64,000 nt of DNA from an uncultured Aliarcobacter sp. (lineage in GTDB: Bacteria > Campylobacterota > Campylobacteria > Campylobacterales > Arcobacteraceae), in assembly GCA_963677435.1 (NCBI GenBank), contig OY781945.1, forward strand, positions 3,040,001 through 3,104,000, read 5' to 3'. The translations under genes and the position numbers were made by a program. Below, in pieces: positions 11,631 through 21,369 of the stretch (the first letter of the stretch is position 1; each line of letters begins with the position of its first letter). The notes under the pieces are model-generated. The model worked only from the letters and a program-made list of their open reading frames with translations. It was not told the origin of the DNA and ran no database searches.

Positions 11631-11745
11631 GAGGGCAATTATATCCTAAAAAAATTAATTGTAGATTTTAAATATCTATCAATTAAGAGCTATAATCTTA
11701 CTTTAGATATAATAAGATTATCAAAAAAAAAGGTTTATATTATTT

Positions 11746-12867
11746 ATGGAATTTACAATTGACGCCACTTCAAATAAAGCTAGAGCTTGTACAATAAAAA
11801 CAGCTCACAGCACAATCCAAACTCCTGTATTTATGCCAGTTGGAACACAAGGAACTGTAAAAGCTCTTGATGCCAACGATATGCTAGAACTTGGAGCAAA
11901 AATTATACTTGGAAATACTTATCACTTATATTTAAGACCAGGGAGTAAGCTTATTAAAAAATTTGGAGGACTTCATGGTTTTTCAAAATTTCCTAACTCA
12001 TTTTTAACTGACTCTGGTGGGTTTCAAGCATTTTCATTAAGCTCAAACTCAAAACCAGATGAAAATGGAATTATGTTTAAATCACATATTGATGGAAGTA
12101 AACACTACTTTACACCTCAAAGTGTACTTGATACACAATATGATTTGAACTCTGATATTATGATGATTTTAGATGATTTAGTTGCCTTGCCAAATACAAA
12201 AGAGAGAATTGCAAAATCAATTGAGAGAACTACAAAATGGGCAAAAGAAGCAATTGAATATCACATGAAACAAAAAGCAAAGGGAATTGGGACACACCAA
12301 AATATCTTCGCAATTATCCAAGGTGGAACAGACAAAGAATTTAGAAAAATGAGTGCGGAACAACTTTGTGCTTTAACAGACTATGATGGTTTTGCAATTG
12401 GTGGATTAAGTGTTGGTGAGCCAAATGCAGATATGTACGAAACTGTTGAGTGGACTACACAATTTATGCCAAAGGATAAACCAAGATATTTAATGGGTGT
12501 GGGAACTCCTGAGGATTTAATAGAAAATATCGAGCGTGGAGTTGATATGTTTGACTGCGTTATGCCCACAAGAAATGCAAGAAATGGAACACTATTTACT
12601 ACTTTTGGAAGATTAAATATCAAAAAAGCAGATTTTAAAGATGATATGACGCCAATAGATGAAGCATGTGAATGTTACACTTGTAAAAACTTCTCAAAAG
12701 CATATTTAAATCATCTTTACAGAGCAAAAGAGATTACATATTTTAGACTTGGTTCTATTCACAATATTCATTACTATTTATCATTAATGAAAGAAGCAAG
12801 AACTGCTATTTTAAATGATAATTGGCTTGAATTTAAAAAAGAGTTTTACGCTAAAAGAAGCAAATAA
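11746..12867 (+). CDS. tgt: tRNA-guanine transglycosylase
   Basis: [38 protein letters not shown] zinc site. Confidence 0.99.
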   Translation: MEFTIDATSNKARACTIKTAHSTIQTPVFMPVGTQGTVKALDANDMLELGAKIILGNTYHLYLRPGSKLIKKFGGLHGFSKFPNSFLTDSGGFQAFSLSSNSKPDENGIMFKSHIDGSKHYFTPQSVLDTQYDLNSDIMMILDDLVALPNTKERIAKSIERTTKWAKEAIEYHMKQKAKGIGTHQNIFAIIQGGTDKEFRKMSAEQLCALTDYDGFAIGGLSVGEPNADMYETVEWTTQFMPKDKPRYLMGVGTPEDLIENIERGVDMFDCVMPTRNARNGTLFTTFGRLNIKKADFKDDMTPIDEACECYTCKNFSKAYLNHLYRAKEITYFRLGSIHNIHYYLSLMKEARTAILNDNWLEFKKEFYAKRSK

Positions 12868-12912
12868 ACTCTTTTTAGCTAGAATTAAAAATATTATATA
12901 TTAAGGAAATTT

Positions 12913-13203
12913 ATGACTGTTGATGATAATTTAATAGCAAAATTAGCGAAACTTTCAAGTTTAGAAATTGATGATTCAAGAAAAGAAGCACTAAAAACTG
13001 AATTGGGTGATATTATAAACTTTGTTGAAAATTTAAATGAAATTGATGTTTCAGGAATCGAAGCAACATTTAGTACAATCGAGGGTGGAACACCTTTAAG
13101 AGAAGATGTTTCAAATCAAGATTTAGAACTATCAAACCATATTTTAAAACATGCTCCAAAATCTGAAGATGGTTATTTTATAGTTCCAAAAATTATTGAG
13201 TAA
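12913..13203 (+). CDS. gatC: Asp/Glu-tRNA amidotransferase subunit C
   Basis: AKLAKLSSL...PLREDV...APKSEDGYFIVPKII. Confidence 0.96.
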   Translation: MTVDDNLIAKLAKLSSLEIDDSRKEALKTELGDIINFVENLNEIDVSGIEATFSTIEGGTPLREDVSNQDLELSNHILKHAPKSEDGYFIVPKIIE

Positions 13204-13206
13204 AAA

Positions 13207-13548
13207 ATGATTACAGTTTATGGAATAAAAACTTGCGGGAGTGTAAGAAATGCTTTGAAATTTTTCAAAGATAATAACATTGAAGTTGAATTTTTTGATT
13301 TTAAAAAAGAGACTCCTGCAAGTGATAAAATCAAATCTTGGGTAGATAAATCTGATATAAATATTTTATTTAATTCAAAAGGTACAAAATACAAAACTCT
13401 AAATCTAAAAGAGTTAAACCTAGATGCAAATGGAAAATATGAATGGTTATGCAAAGACCCAATGCTTTTTAAAAGACCAGTTATTGAATTTGATGATAAA
13501 GTTTTAGTAGCTTGGGATGAAGAGGTTTATAAAAAGACTTTTTTATAA
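13207..13548 (+). CDS. ArsC/Spx/MgsR (YffB-like) family protein
   Basis: ITVYGIKTC start and PMLFKRPVI motif. Confidence 0.85.
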   Translation: MITVYGIKTCGSVRNALKFFKDNNIEVEFFDFKKETPASDKIKSWVDKSDINILFNSKGTKYKTLNLKELNLDANGKYEWLCKDPMLFKRPVIEFDDKVLVAWDEEVYKKTFL

Positions 13549-13571
13549 GAAGTGGGCTTTTGCCACTTCTT
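13547..13571. terminator. bidirectional terminator-like hairpin
   Basis: AAGAAGTGG-gcttttg-CCACTTCTT between convergent genes. Confidence 0.7.
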
Positions 13572-14415
13572 AAAATTTGTATGCAACATTAAAATAGTTT
13601 GCAAATCCTGTAGTATTAGTCTTTTTACCATTTAATATTTCTCCATCTTTCCATTGAGTCATATCTTTATAAGCCTTTAATCCATATCCAACTATCCATT
13701 TTTTATCATGAATCCAAAAACCTAAATATGATTGTAATGAATCACTTGATCTGTATTGTTTTTCAAAATCTGTTTGAGCAAGGTCGCTGCCAAACTCATA
13801 ATCTAAATAACCTTGAAAAGACAAAAATCTACTACCATTAAAATGATAAATAGGTTTAAACCAATTTATGTGAGCCACATATCCATCGAAACTATTTTCA
13901 TTACTTGCACCATAATTATCTTGCACATATCTAGTATAAAAATTCACACCACTTTTTCCTAACCAAGGAATATCTATATCACTTCCTATTCCCATCCAAA
14001 GGATTTTTAAACCCTTATCATTTCCAGGACTAGGATCTGCATAATATATATCAAAAGCAAAAAATAACTCTTTTAAAGCACCATAAGATAAATCTTTATC
14101 TAATAAATAATCAAGAGAAATTCTAGGTTCTATATCAGCAAAAAAATTGTTATCTCCATGTTTATCACTAGCTGAGCTATTTAAAGCATCTAAAAAATCT
14201 ACATAACCATATAAATCAAGCCATTCATATCTTCCACCAAATTCAAATTCCGCATAAGTATCATCAAAGGCAAAAGGTCCAGCTCTTTGATTTTCACCTT
14301 TATATAGGTGCAAAGTAGCCCATTGTGAATTTGTAATGTCATTAATATCTTTCGCAGAGACATTAATAAATAAAAAAATAGTTAATAAAACTATTTTAAA
14401 AAAAAGATTCTTCAT
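13570..14415 (-). CDS. outer-membrane protein OmpK / Tsx nucleoside-channel family
   Basis: Signal peptide, DTYAEFEFGGR..LDLYGYVD, NWFKP, FQGYLDYEFG, C-terminal Phe. Confidence 0.85.
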   Translation of the reverse strand: MKNLFFKIVLLTIFLFINVSAKDINDITNSQWATLHLYKGENQRAGPFAFDDTYAEFEFGGRYEWLDLYGYVDFLDALNSSASDKHGDNNFFADIEPRISLDYLLDKDLSYGALKELFFAFDIYYADPSPGNDKGLKILWMGIGSDIDIPWLGKSGVNFYTRYVQDNYGASNENSFDGYVAHINWFKPIYHFNGSRFLSFQGYLDYEFGSDLAQTDFEKQYRSSDSLQSYLGFWIHDKKWIVGYGLKAYKDMTQWKDGEILNGKKTNTTGFANYFNVAYKF

Positions 14416-14435
14416 TTTATTTCCTTGTTTTAGTC

Positions 14436-14471
14436 AAAAAAAAAGGAGAAAGCCAAAACTCTCCCCTTTTT
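14436..14471 (-). terminator. rho-independent terminator after DAHP synthase
   Basis: Minus strand GGGGAGAG-ttttggc-TTTCTCC followed by a long T run. Confidence 0.75.
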
Positions 14472-14490
14472 AATATTTCAAAAAATTAGC

Positions 14491-15852
14491 TTATGCTAAA
14501 TTTTTTCTTGCTTCTTTTAATGTATCAGCTATCATAAATGATAATTCTAAAGCTTGGTCTGCATTCATTCTTGGGTCACATTGAGTGTGATATCTATTTG
14601 ATAAACTCTCTTGAGTAACAGCAGAAGATGCACTCCCTGTACACTCTGTTACATTTTGTCCTGTCATTTCAAGATGAATTCCACCTGCATATGTACCCTC
14701 AGATCTATGGATTTGGAAGAACTGTTTTACTTCACTTAAAATTGCTTCAAAATCTCTAGTTTTATATCCATTATCAGCTTTGATTGTATTTCCATGCATT
14801 GGATCACTTGACCATAATACATTTTTACCCTCAGCTTTTACTCTTTTTAATAATTTAGGTAAGAAATCACCTACTTTATTTGCACCCATTCTAACGATTA
14901 GATTTAATCTCCCAGCTTCATTATTTGGATTTAAAGTATCTATTAATTGAATTAATTCATCCTCTTTCATAGTTGGACCAACTTTACATCCAATAGGATT
15001 ATTAATTCCTCTAAAATACTCAATATGAGCATCTCTTAAATCTCTTGTTCTATCGCCAATCCATAACATATGAGCAGCACAGTTAAACCAATCACCAGTA
15101 ATTGAATCTTTTCTTGTAAGTGCTTGTTCATAATTTAACAACAATGCTTCATGAGAAGTAAATAGAGTTGTTTGGTTAAGTTGTGGAGTGTTTTCACTTG
15201 TAATTCCACAAGCTTTCATAAATGTTAAACTTTCAGATATTTTATTTGCAAGTTCTTCATATTTTGCACCTAAGTAATTATCTTTAACAAAATCTAAATT
15301 CCATAAATGAACTTGATTTAAATCAGCCATTCCACCCCTTGAAAATGCTCTTAAAAGATTCATAGTTGCAGCACTTTGATTGTATGCTTTTAAAAGTTTC
15401 TTAGCTCTTGGATTTCTAGCTTTTTCAGTAAATTCCATATCATTTATAATATCACCTCTATACGAAGGTAAAGATATTCCATCTATTTCTTCAAAATCTG
15501 AACTTCTAGGTTTTGCAAATTGTCCAGCAACTCGTCCAACTTTTACAACAGGACAACCACCAGAAAATGTTAAAACTACAGCCATTTGCATCATAACTTT
15601 AAATAAATCTTTAATATTTGTTGCATTAAATGAAGCAAAAGATTCAGCACAATCTCCACCTTGAAGTAAAAATGCTTTTCCATTTACAACATCAGCTAAT
15701 TGTTTTTTTAAATTTAAGGCCTCACCAGCAAAAATTAAAGGAGGATAAGAAGCTAGTTCATTTTCTACTTTTTTTAGTTTTTCTAAATCATTATAAGTAG
15801 GTTGTTGCTTTATAGGAAAATCTCTCCAGCTACTAGGATTCCAATTGTTCAT
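14491..15852 (-). CDS. class II 3-deoxy-7-phosphoheptulonate (DAHP) synthase
   Basis: [33 protein letters not shown]. Confidence 0.97.
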   Translation of the reverse strand: MNNWNPSSWRDFPIKQQPTYNDLEKLKKVENELASYPPLIFAGEALNLKKQLADVVNGKAFLLQGGDCAESFASFNATNIKDLFKVMMQMAVVLTFSGGCPVVKVGRVAGQFAKPRSSDFEEIDGISLPSYRGDIINDMEFTEKARNPRAKKLLKAYNQSAATMNLLRAFSRGGMADLNQVHLWNLDFVKDNYLGAKYEELANKISESLTFMKACGITSENTPQLNQTTLFTSHEALLLNYEQALTRKDSITGDWFNCAAHMLWIGDRTRDLRDAHIEYFRGINNPIGCKVGPTMKEDELIQLIDTLNPNNEAGRLNLIVRMGANKVGDFLPKLLKRVKAEGKNVLWSSDPMHGNTIKADNGYKTRDFEAILSEVKQFFQIHRSEGTYAGGIHLEMTGQNVTECTGSASSAVTQESLSNRYHTQCDPRMNADQALELSFMIADTLKEARKNLA

Positions 15853-15963
15853 TTTTAATCTGCCTTTTATATATTTTATTTAATTAGATAAATTTTAGCT
15901 AAATATTTCTTAAGGAGTGAGTCCTAAAAAGTTACCAATTTGTAATTTATGAAGAGATAAAAC

Positions 15964-15997
15964 TATAATGTAGCTATAATTTCCAAGCTACATTATA
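15964..15997. terminator. hairpin downstream of tal
   Basis: TATAATGTAGCT-N10-AGCTACATTATA, 12-bp perfect arms, T-rich flanks. Confidence 0.65.
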
Positions 15998-16011
15998 ATT
16001 TTTTTTAATAG

Positions 16012-17004
16012 TTAGTGAATTAATTTTGAAAGTAAATCTCTGAATGAAACTTTAAAAGATTCAAGACCATCAGTTAAAAGTTTTGAATAAATATTTTCCA
16101 TATTTATTCCTTTTTGTTTTAAAGTAGCAAAATATTTATCACAGTCAACTTCACTCATAATTGCAGTTTCAACTTTTGAACCATCTTTAACCCAATCTTC
16201 GATTGTAGCAAGTGGTGCTGTATTTATTGAGTTTGGATAAATTAAGTTATCCACATAATAACTAGGACTTAATTCATCACCTTTTACTCCTGTACTTGCA
16301 AAAAGAGTTCTAATATTTGGATTTCCAAATTTATTAATTTCATGGTAACATTTTGTTGCGTTTATGATTCCTAATTTTGAAGTTTGTAAACCTTTTAATT
16401 TAAAATCATTATCTGTTAATCTATCAAATCTTGATACAAATACCGAAACAACAGCTCTAATATCTTTATTTGAATCTTTTATCCCCTCATCTAAAGCTTG
16501 AGTACATTTTATTGCTTGTTCAGGTGAAAAAATTAAAGTTGCATTTACATTTATTCCCTTTGAAGTTAACTCTCTCATTGCAATATAACCAGCTTGTGTT
16601 GCTGGAACTTTTATCATAACATTATCAGCACTGATTGAAGAATAAAGTCTAACACCCTCTTCTATAGTTCCTGCTGCATCATCACATAAAAGTGGGTCAA
16701 CTTCAATAGAAATAAAACCATCGTCAGCATCATTTTTATGTAATTCATTTAATAAAAAAGCAGCTCTTTTAATATCTGTTAGTGCTAACTCTTCATAAAT
16801 AGTTTTTTCATTATTTGCTTGAAGCATATCAAGTTGTTGTTTATATGCTAAAGAATTTGTAATTGATGATTCAAAAATTGCAGGATTTGAAGTAGCACCT
16901 TGAATATATTTCTTTTTGATTATCTCTTTAAATCTTGTTTCTAAAAAATCTCTTTCAATAAAATCACACCATAAAGAGAAATTGATATCTTCTTTTAAAC
17001 TCAT
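16012..17004 (-). CDS. tal: transaldolase
   Basis: SLWCDF, GATSNPAIF, MIKVPAT, NVNATLIFS, LFASTGVK. Confidence 0.97.
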   Translation of the reverse strand: MSLKEDINFSLWCDFIERDFLETRFKEIIKKKYIQGATSNPAIFESSITNSLAYKQQLDMLQANNEKTIYEELALTDIKRAAFLLNELHKNDADDGFISIEVDPLLCDDAAGTIEEGVRLYSSISADNVMIKVPATQAGYIAMRELTSKGINVNATLIFSPEQAIKCTQALDEGIKDSNKDIRAVVSVFVSRFDRLTDNDFKLKGLQTSKLGIINATKCYHEINKFGNPNIRTLFASTGVKGDELSPSYYVDNLIYPNSINTAPLATIEDWVKDGSKVETAIMSEVDCDKYFATLKQKGINMENIYSKLLTDGLESFKVSFRDLLSKLIH

Positions 17005-17119
17005 CGTTATTCCTTTAAATATATCCCATTTAAAAAGGGGATTTATGCATTTTTAACTTCTTTAGGTAAAAATAAATTTCATCTAAAGAAGTAAACTCCA
17101 AAGGGCTTTAAAATAAAGC

Positions 17120-17743
17120 CTATTTAATATAATCTAAAATTTTTGTTAAATCTTTTGTATCTATAATTATATTTGCTTCTTTTTTAAGAACTTCTCTTGC
17201 ACAAAAAGCAACTCTTGTATCAGCATGTTCAAACATTGATAAATCATTCGCACCATCTCCACAAACTAATGTATCAGCTCTTGTGATTCCCATTAGATTC
17301 TGAATTCTTTGAAGCATATCACCTTTTGAATATCCAAACATCATATCTCCACCAATAAGACCTGTTAGTTTCCCATCTTTTTGATGTAAAACATTTGAGA
17401 AATCAGCATCTAAACCTAATTTTTCCCTTGCAGGAGTTGTACCAATTCTAAAACCACCAGAAAAACAAACTACTTTGTAACCCATTTTTTGAAGTGCTGG
17501 AACTAACTCCATTGCACCTGGCATTAAAGGAAGGTTTGCACAAATATCCACAACTCTTTGGTAATCCATACCTTTTAAAAGAGCAACTCTTGTAGTTAAA
17601 GATTCAAAGAAATCTAATCTTCCACTCATTGCTTCTTCAGTAATTTTTGTAACTTGTTCACCAATACCTAACTCTTCTGCTAAAAAGTCGATAGTCTCGC
17701 CATCCATAAGTGTTGAATCAAAATCGAAAACAGCTAATTTCAT
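17120..17743 (-). CDS. serB: phosphoserine phosphatase
   Basis: HAD motifs DFDST, SGGF, GDGANDL. Confidence 0.96.
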   Translation of the reverse strand: MKLAVFDFDSTLMDGETIDFLAEELGIGEQVTKITEEAMSGRLDFFESLTTRVALLKGMDYQRVVDICANLPLMPGAMELVPALQKMGYKVVCFSGGFRIGTTPAREKLGLDADFSNVLHQKDGKLTGLIGGDMMFGYSKGDMLQRIQNLMGITRADTLVCGDGANDLSMFEHADTRVAFCAREVLKKEANIIIDTKDLTKILDYIK

Positions 17744-17822
17744 TAATTTTCCCTAGTTTTATTCTTTAAAGGGTATAATTTTAGCCAAATAAAACTAAAT
17801 ATACTAAAGGATTGTTTATCCA

Positions 17823-18734
17823 ATGTTTGAAACACTTATACAAAAACTTCAAGAAGATAGATACTTAACACTTGAAACAACGCCTCAACATGAACCATCT
17901 ATGCATAATATTATTGAAAGAATTAAAAAGTTTAAATTACAAGATAGAGTTGATGGTTTTTCGTGCACAGATAATCCTCTTGCAAAATTAAAATATAATG
18001 CACTTTTTGCTTCACTTAAACTTCAAATGGAGTTTAAAAAACCTGTAATTGCCACAATGACAATGAGAGATAGAAATAAAATTGCACTTCAATCTGATTT
18101 AATGGGAGCAAATGATTTTGATGTAAGAGCTATACTTGCACTTACAGGAGATCCTGCAAAAATGAGTGATCAACCCCATGCAAAAGGAGTTTTTGAAGCA
18201 AACTCTTTAATGCTTTTAAAAATCATAAAATCGTTTAACTATGGTATGGATATGTCAGGTCATCCTTTTAAAATCGAACCTAAACAAATTTTTCCATTTT
18301 CTGTTACAAACTCATATGCAAAAAACTTCTCAAGTTTAGAGAAAAAAATGCACTTAAAAATTCAAAATGGAGCAATGGGAATAATCTCTCAACCAGTATT
18401 TGATATAGAAAATGCAAAAAAACTTTTGGAATCATTCAACATAGCTAAAGAAGGAGTTGAAGGAGATAAGAAAAAAGCTCAATTAATATTTGGACTTTTC
18501 CCTGTTACGAAGCTGAGAACTGCCCTATTTTTATCAGCACAAGTTCCAGGTATTCATGTTCCTCAATTTTGGATTGATGCCCTTGAATCTGCTCATAACA
18601 TTTCAGAAGAGGAAGAGTATAAAGTTGGAATGCAATTAAGTCAAGATTTATTCAGAGATTTAAATAAACTTCACCCAAAAATCCACCTTATGACAGCAAA
18701 TAGATTTGATGTTGCTAATGAGATAATTTCTTGA
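17823..18734 (+). CDS. metF: methylenetetrahydrofolate reductase
   Basis: TDNPLA, RDRNKIALQSDL, LALTGDP, SQPVFD. Confidence 0.9.
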   Translation: MFETLIQKLQEDRYLTLETTPQHEPSMHNIIERIKKFKLQDRVDGFSCTDNPLAKLKYNALFASLKLQMEFKKPVIATMTMRDRNKIALQSDLMGANDFDVRAILALTGDPAKMSDQPHAKGVFEANSLMLLKIIKSFNYGMDMSGHPFKIEPKQIFPFSVTNSYAKNFSSLEKKMHLKIQNGAMGIISQPVFDIENAKKLLESFNIAKEGVEGDKKKAQLIFGLFPVTKLRTALFLSAQVPGIHVPQFWIDALESAHNISEEEEYKVGMQLSQDLFRDLNKLHPKIHLMTANRFDVANEIIS

Positions 18735-19114
18735 AATTAGCCTCAATTGATGTTGGTTTAAAAAGAATAGGAGTTGCAATTTGTCTAACTTCAGACATTG
18801 TGACTCCACAAAGTGCAATTTTAAGAAAAAATAGAGACCAAGCGGCACGAGATGTGAATATTTTTTTAAAAGAGTGGGAAATTGAAAAACTAATTGTTGG
18901 ATTTCCAAGTGCAAGTGAAGATATGCAAAAAAGAATAAAACATTTTGTAGCTTTACTTGAACTTTCTATTCCTTACGAATTTCAAGAAGAAAACATGAGT
19001 TCTATTGAAGCTGAGGATTTAATCAAAGGTGAAATTAAATACAAACGAGATGGAAGAGTAGATTCAATCGCTGCTAAAATTATATTAGAGCGCTTTTTAG
19101 CTAAAAAACACTAA
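18731..19114 (+). CDS. ruvX: YqgF/RuvX RNase H-like nuclease
   Basis: SIDVGLKRIGVA, IVGFP, DSIAAKIIL. Confidence 0.93.
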   Translation: MKLASIDVGLKRIGVAICLTSDIVTPQSAILRKNRDQAARDVNIFLKEWEIEKLIVGFPSASEDMQKRIKHFVALLELSIPYEFQEENMSSIEAEDLIKGEIKYKRDGRVDSIAAKIILERFLAKKH

Positions 19115-19120
19115 TTATAT

Positions 19121-19471
19121 TCACTTCAAAACATTCACAACAACAGCAATTACTAAACCTGAATCGTGAGTTATTGATAAATGAGACTTTTTTATACCAA
19201 AAGCTTTTCTTACTTTCTTTCTATATTTTAATAATGGAGCTCCAAGCTCACTTTTTGATATTTTAATATCATGAAAACCACAAGATGCACCAATCCCAGT
19301 ACCAAGAGCTTTTGAAGCTGCTTCCTTTGCTGCCCAAAATCCAGCGGCAGTTTCAGGCTTTTTCACAAGTTCTATTTCTTTTGGATTTAAAAACTTTTCA
19401 TAAGCCTTTATTCCAAACTTTTCATACATTCTTTTTATTCTATCAATTGATGTTATATCTATGCCTATCAT
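19121..19471 (-). CDS. acpS: holo-ACP synthase
   Basis: IGIDI, WAAKEAASKALGTG, LSITHD. Confidence 0.97.
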   Translation of the reverse strand: MIGIDITSIDRIKRMYEKFGIKAYEKFLNPKEIELVKKPETAAGFWAAKEAASKALGTGIGASCGFHDIKISKSELGAPLLKYRKKVRKAFGIKKSHLSITHDSGLVIAVVVNVLK

Positions 19472-19499
19472 TTAAACCTATCTTTTGTATAATCCCTAC

Positions 19500-20459
19500 A
19501 TGAAATTATTTATTAAAAAAGTATTATATCTTATCATCATGTTATTTATAATTAGCCTTATATCTTTTATCGCGATAAATGCTGCTCCAAACTCTTTTTT
19601 TGCAAGTGGAGAATTAAATCCAAATATTACACCTGAATCAATCGAGCAATTAAAAGCAATTTATGGTTTAGATAGACCTTTGTATGTGCAGTTTTTTTCA
19701 TGGATAAGTGCAATAATTCATCTTGATTTTGGAATTTCTTTTGCAAGTGGCGAAATGGTAAAAGATGAAATATTAAGTAGAATTCCAATCACTCTTACAA
19801 TCAATATTATTTCAATGTTTTTAATATTCATCATTTCTCTTTATTTTGGAATAAAATCAGCTTTAAATAAAAACTCATTATTTGATAAATTTACAGGGCA
19901 ATTATCACTTCTAAGTTTTGCAATGCCTTCATTTTATTTGGCACTTTTATTGGTTTTAGTATTTGCTATTAATTTTGAGATTTTACCAATTGCTGGACTT
20001 CATAGCGTTTCTAATGATGGAAGTTTTTCTTACTATTTAGATTATGCTTGGCACTTAGTTTTACCAATATTTATTATGGTTTTTGGTGGAATTGGAAGTT
20101 TGATTTTATATATTAGATCTTTAACTATTGAGATTTTGAAATCTGATTACATCTTTTTTGCAAAGGCTAGAGGTTTAAGCCAAAAACAGATTTTAAGATA
20201 TTATATTTTGCCAAATTTATATCCACCAGTTATTACACTTCTTGGTCTTTCACTTCCTGGAATTATTGGTGGTTCAGTAATTCTTGAAACAATTTTTTCA
20301 ATAGATGGAATGGGATTATTGTTTTATCAAAGTGCTTTATCACATGATTATCCTGTAATTATGGGGATTTTAATAATTGGTGCCTTTTTGACACTAATTG
20401 GTAATATGATTGCAGATTTAGTTTTACTAAAACTAAATCCAAACTACGATGAAAAATAG
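19500..20459 (+). CDS. peptide/nickel ABC transporter permease (DppB/OppB family), orphan
   Basis: YGLDRPL, DFGISF, EAA loop AKARGL, ETIFSIDGMG. ATG at 19500 preferred over TTG 19485. Confidence 0.9.
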   Translation: MKLFIKKVLYLIIMLFIISLISFIAINAAPNSFFASGELNPNITPESIEQLKAIYGLDRPLYVQFFSWISAIIHLDFGISFASGEMVKDEILSRIPITLTINIISMFLIFIISLYFGIKSALNKNSLFDKFTGQLSLLSFAMPSFYLALLLVLVFAINFEILPIAGLHSVSNDGSFSYYLDYAWHLVLPIFIMVFGGIGSLILYIRSLTIEILKSDYIFFAKARGLSQKQILRYYILPNLYPPVITLLGLSLPGIIGGSVILETIFSIDGMGLLFYQSALSHDYPVIMGILIIGAFLTLIGNMIADLVLLKLNPNYDEK

Positions 20460-20486
20460 ATTAGATAATTTTAACAAGGAAAAGAA

Positions 20487-21305
20487 TTGCAAGTTTTAAA
20501 AACAATTGAAGAGTTACAAGAAGTTAGAAAAAATATTTCTGGAACTGTTGGATTTGTTCCAACAATGGGTGCTTTACATAATGGTCACATTTCACTTATC
20601 AAACAAGCAAGAAATGAAAATGATATTGTTATTGTTTCAATATTTGTAAACCCAACTCAATTTTTACCAGGTGAGGATTTAGATGCATATCCAAGAAAGG
20701 ATGAAGCAGATAAAAAAATCTGTCAAATGTGTAAAGTTGATTATGTTTTTATGCCTGAAATTTCAACTATGTATACAAAAGAAGAAGTCTTAATAAAAGC
20801 CCCAAATAAAGGCTATGTTTTAGAGGGAAAAACAAGACCTGGTCATTTTGATGGAGTTTTACAAGTAGTTTTAAAACTATTTAATTTAACTCAACCAACA
20901 AATGCCTATTTTGGTAAAAAAGACGCTCAACAATTAACTCTAATTATGCAAATGGTAAAAAATCTATTTATCCCTATAAATATTATTCCTTGTGAAATAA
21001 TAAGAGAAGATGATGGCTTAGCTTTAAGTTCAAGAAATATCTATTTAGATGCAACACAGAGAAAAGATGCTTTACTTATTTCAAAATCTTTATATATGGC
21101 TGGTTCACTTATTTCAAAAGGTGAAAGAAATGTGCAAGCTGTAAAAAATAAAATTTATGAAATCATGCAAACTTTAGATGTTGAATATGTGGCTATTGTT
21201 GATAGAGAATTTAATGAATTAGAAAATATTGAACCTAAAAATACAATTATTCTTGTAGTTGCTAGATTTGGTAATACTAGATTACTTGATAATATTTGGC
21301 TTTAA
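20487..21305 (+). CDS. panC: pantoate--beta-alanine ligase
   Basis: [33 protein letters not shown]. Confidence 0.98.
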   Translation: MQVLKTIEELQEVRKNISGTVGFVPTMGALHNGHISLIKQARNENDIVIVSIFVNPTQFLPGEDLDAYPRKDEADKKICQMCKVDYVFMPEISTMYTKEEVLIKAPNKGYVLEGKTRPGHFDGVLQVVLKLFNLTQPTNAYFGKKDAQQLTLIMQMVKNLFIPINIIPCEIIREDDGLALSSRNIYLDATQRKDALLISKSLYMAGSLISKGERNVQAVKNKIYEIMQTLDVEYVAIVDREFNELENIEPKNTIILVVARFGNTRLLDNIWL

Positions 21306-21369
21306 CATTTTGTTTTAAAAAGAGTTTATGATAAAATTGCAAAAAAATTAAGATAAAAAGAATAAATAT

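Noticed and set aside
11746..12867. Tgt has LDDL where many bacterial enzymes have FDEC, hinting at queuine salvage
   Set aside because: The GLSVGE pocket motif of preQ1-type enzymes is intact, and as I recall DDL is usual in Campylobacterota Tgt
13207..13548. Calling this a true arsenate reductase
   Set aside because: It is YffB/Spx-like, in a housekeeping context and unlinked to the ars operon
15900..16005. Possible plus-strand sRNA or peptide ending at the 15964-15997 hairpin
   Set aside because: No convincing promoter or properly spaced SD-start pair; the hairpin is explained as the tal terminator
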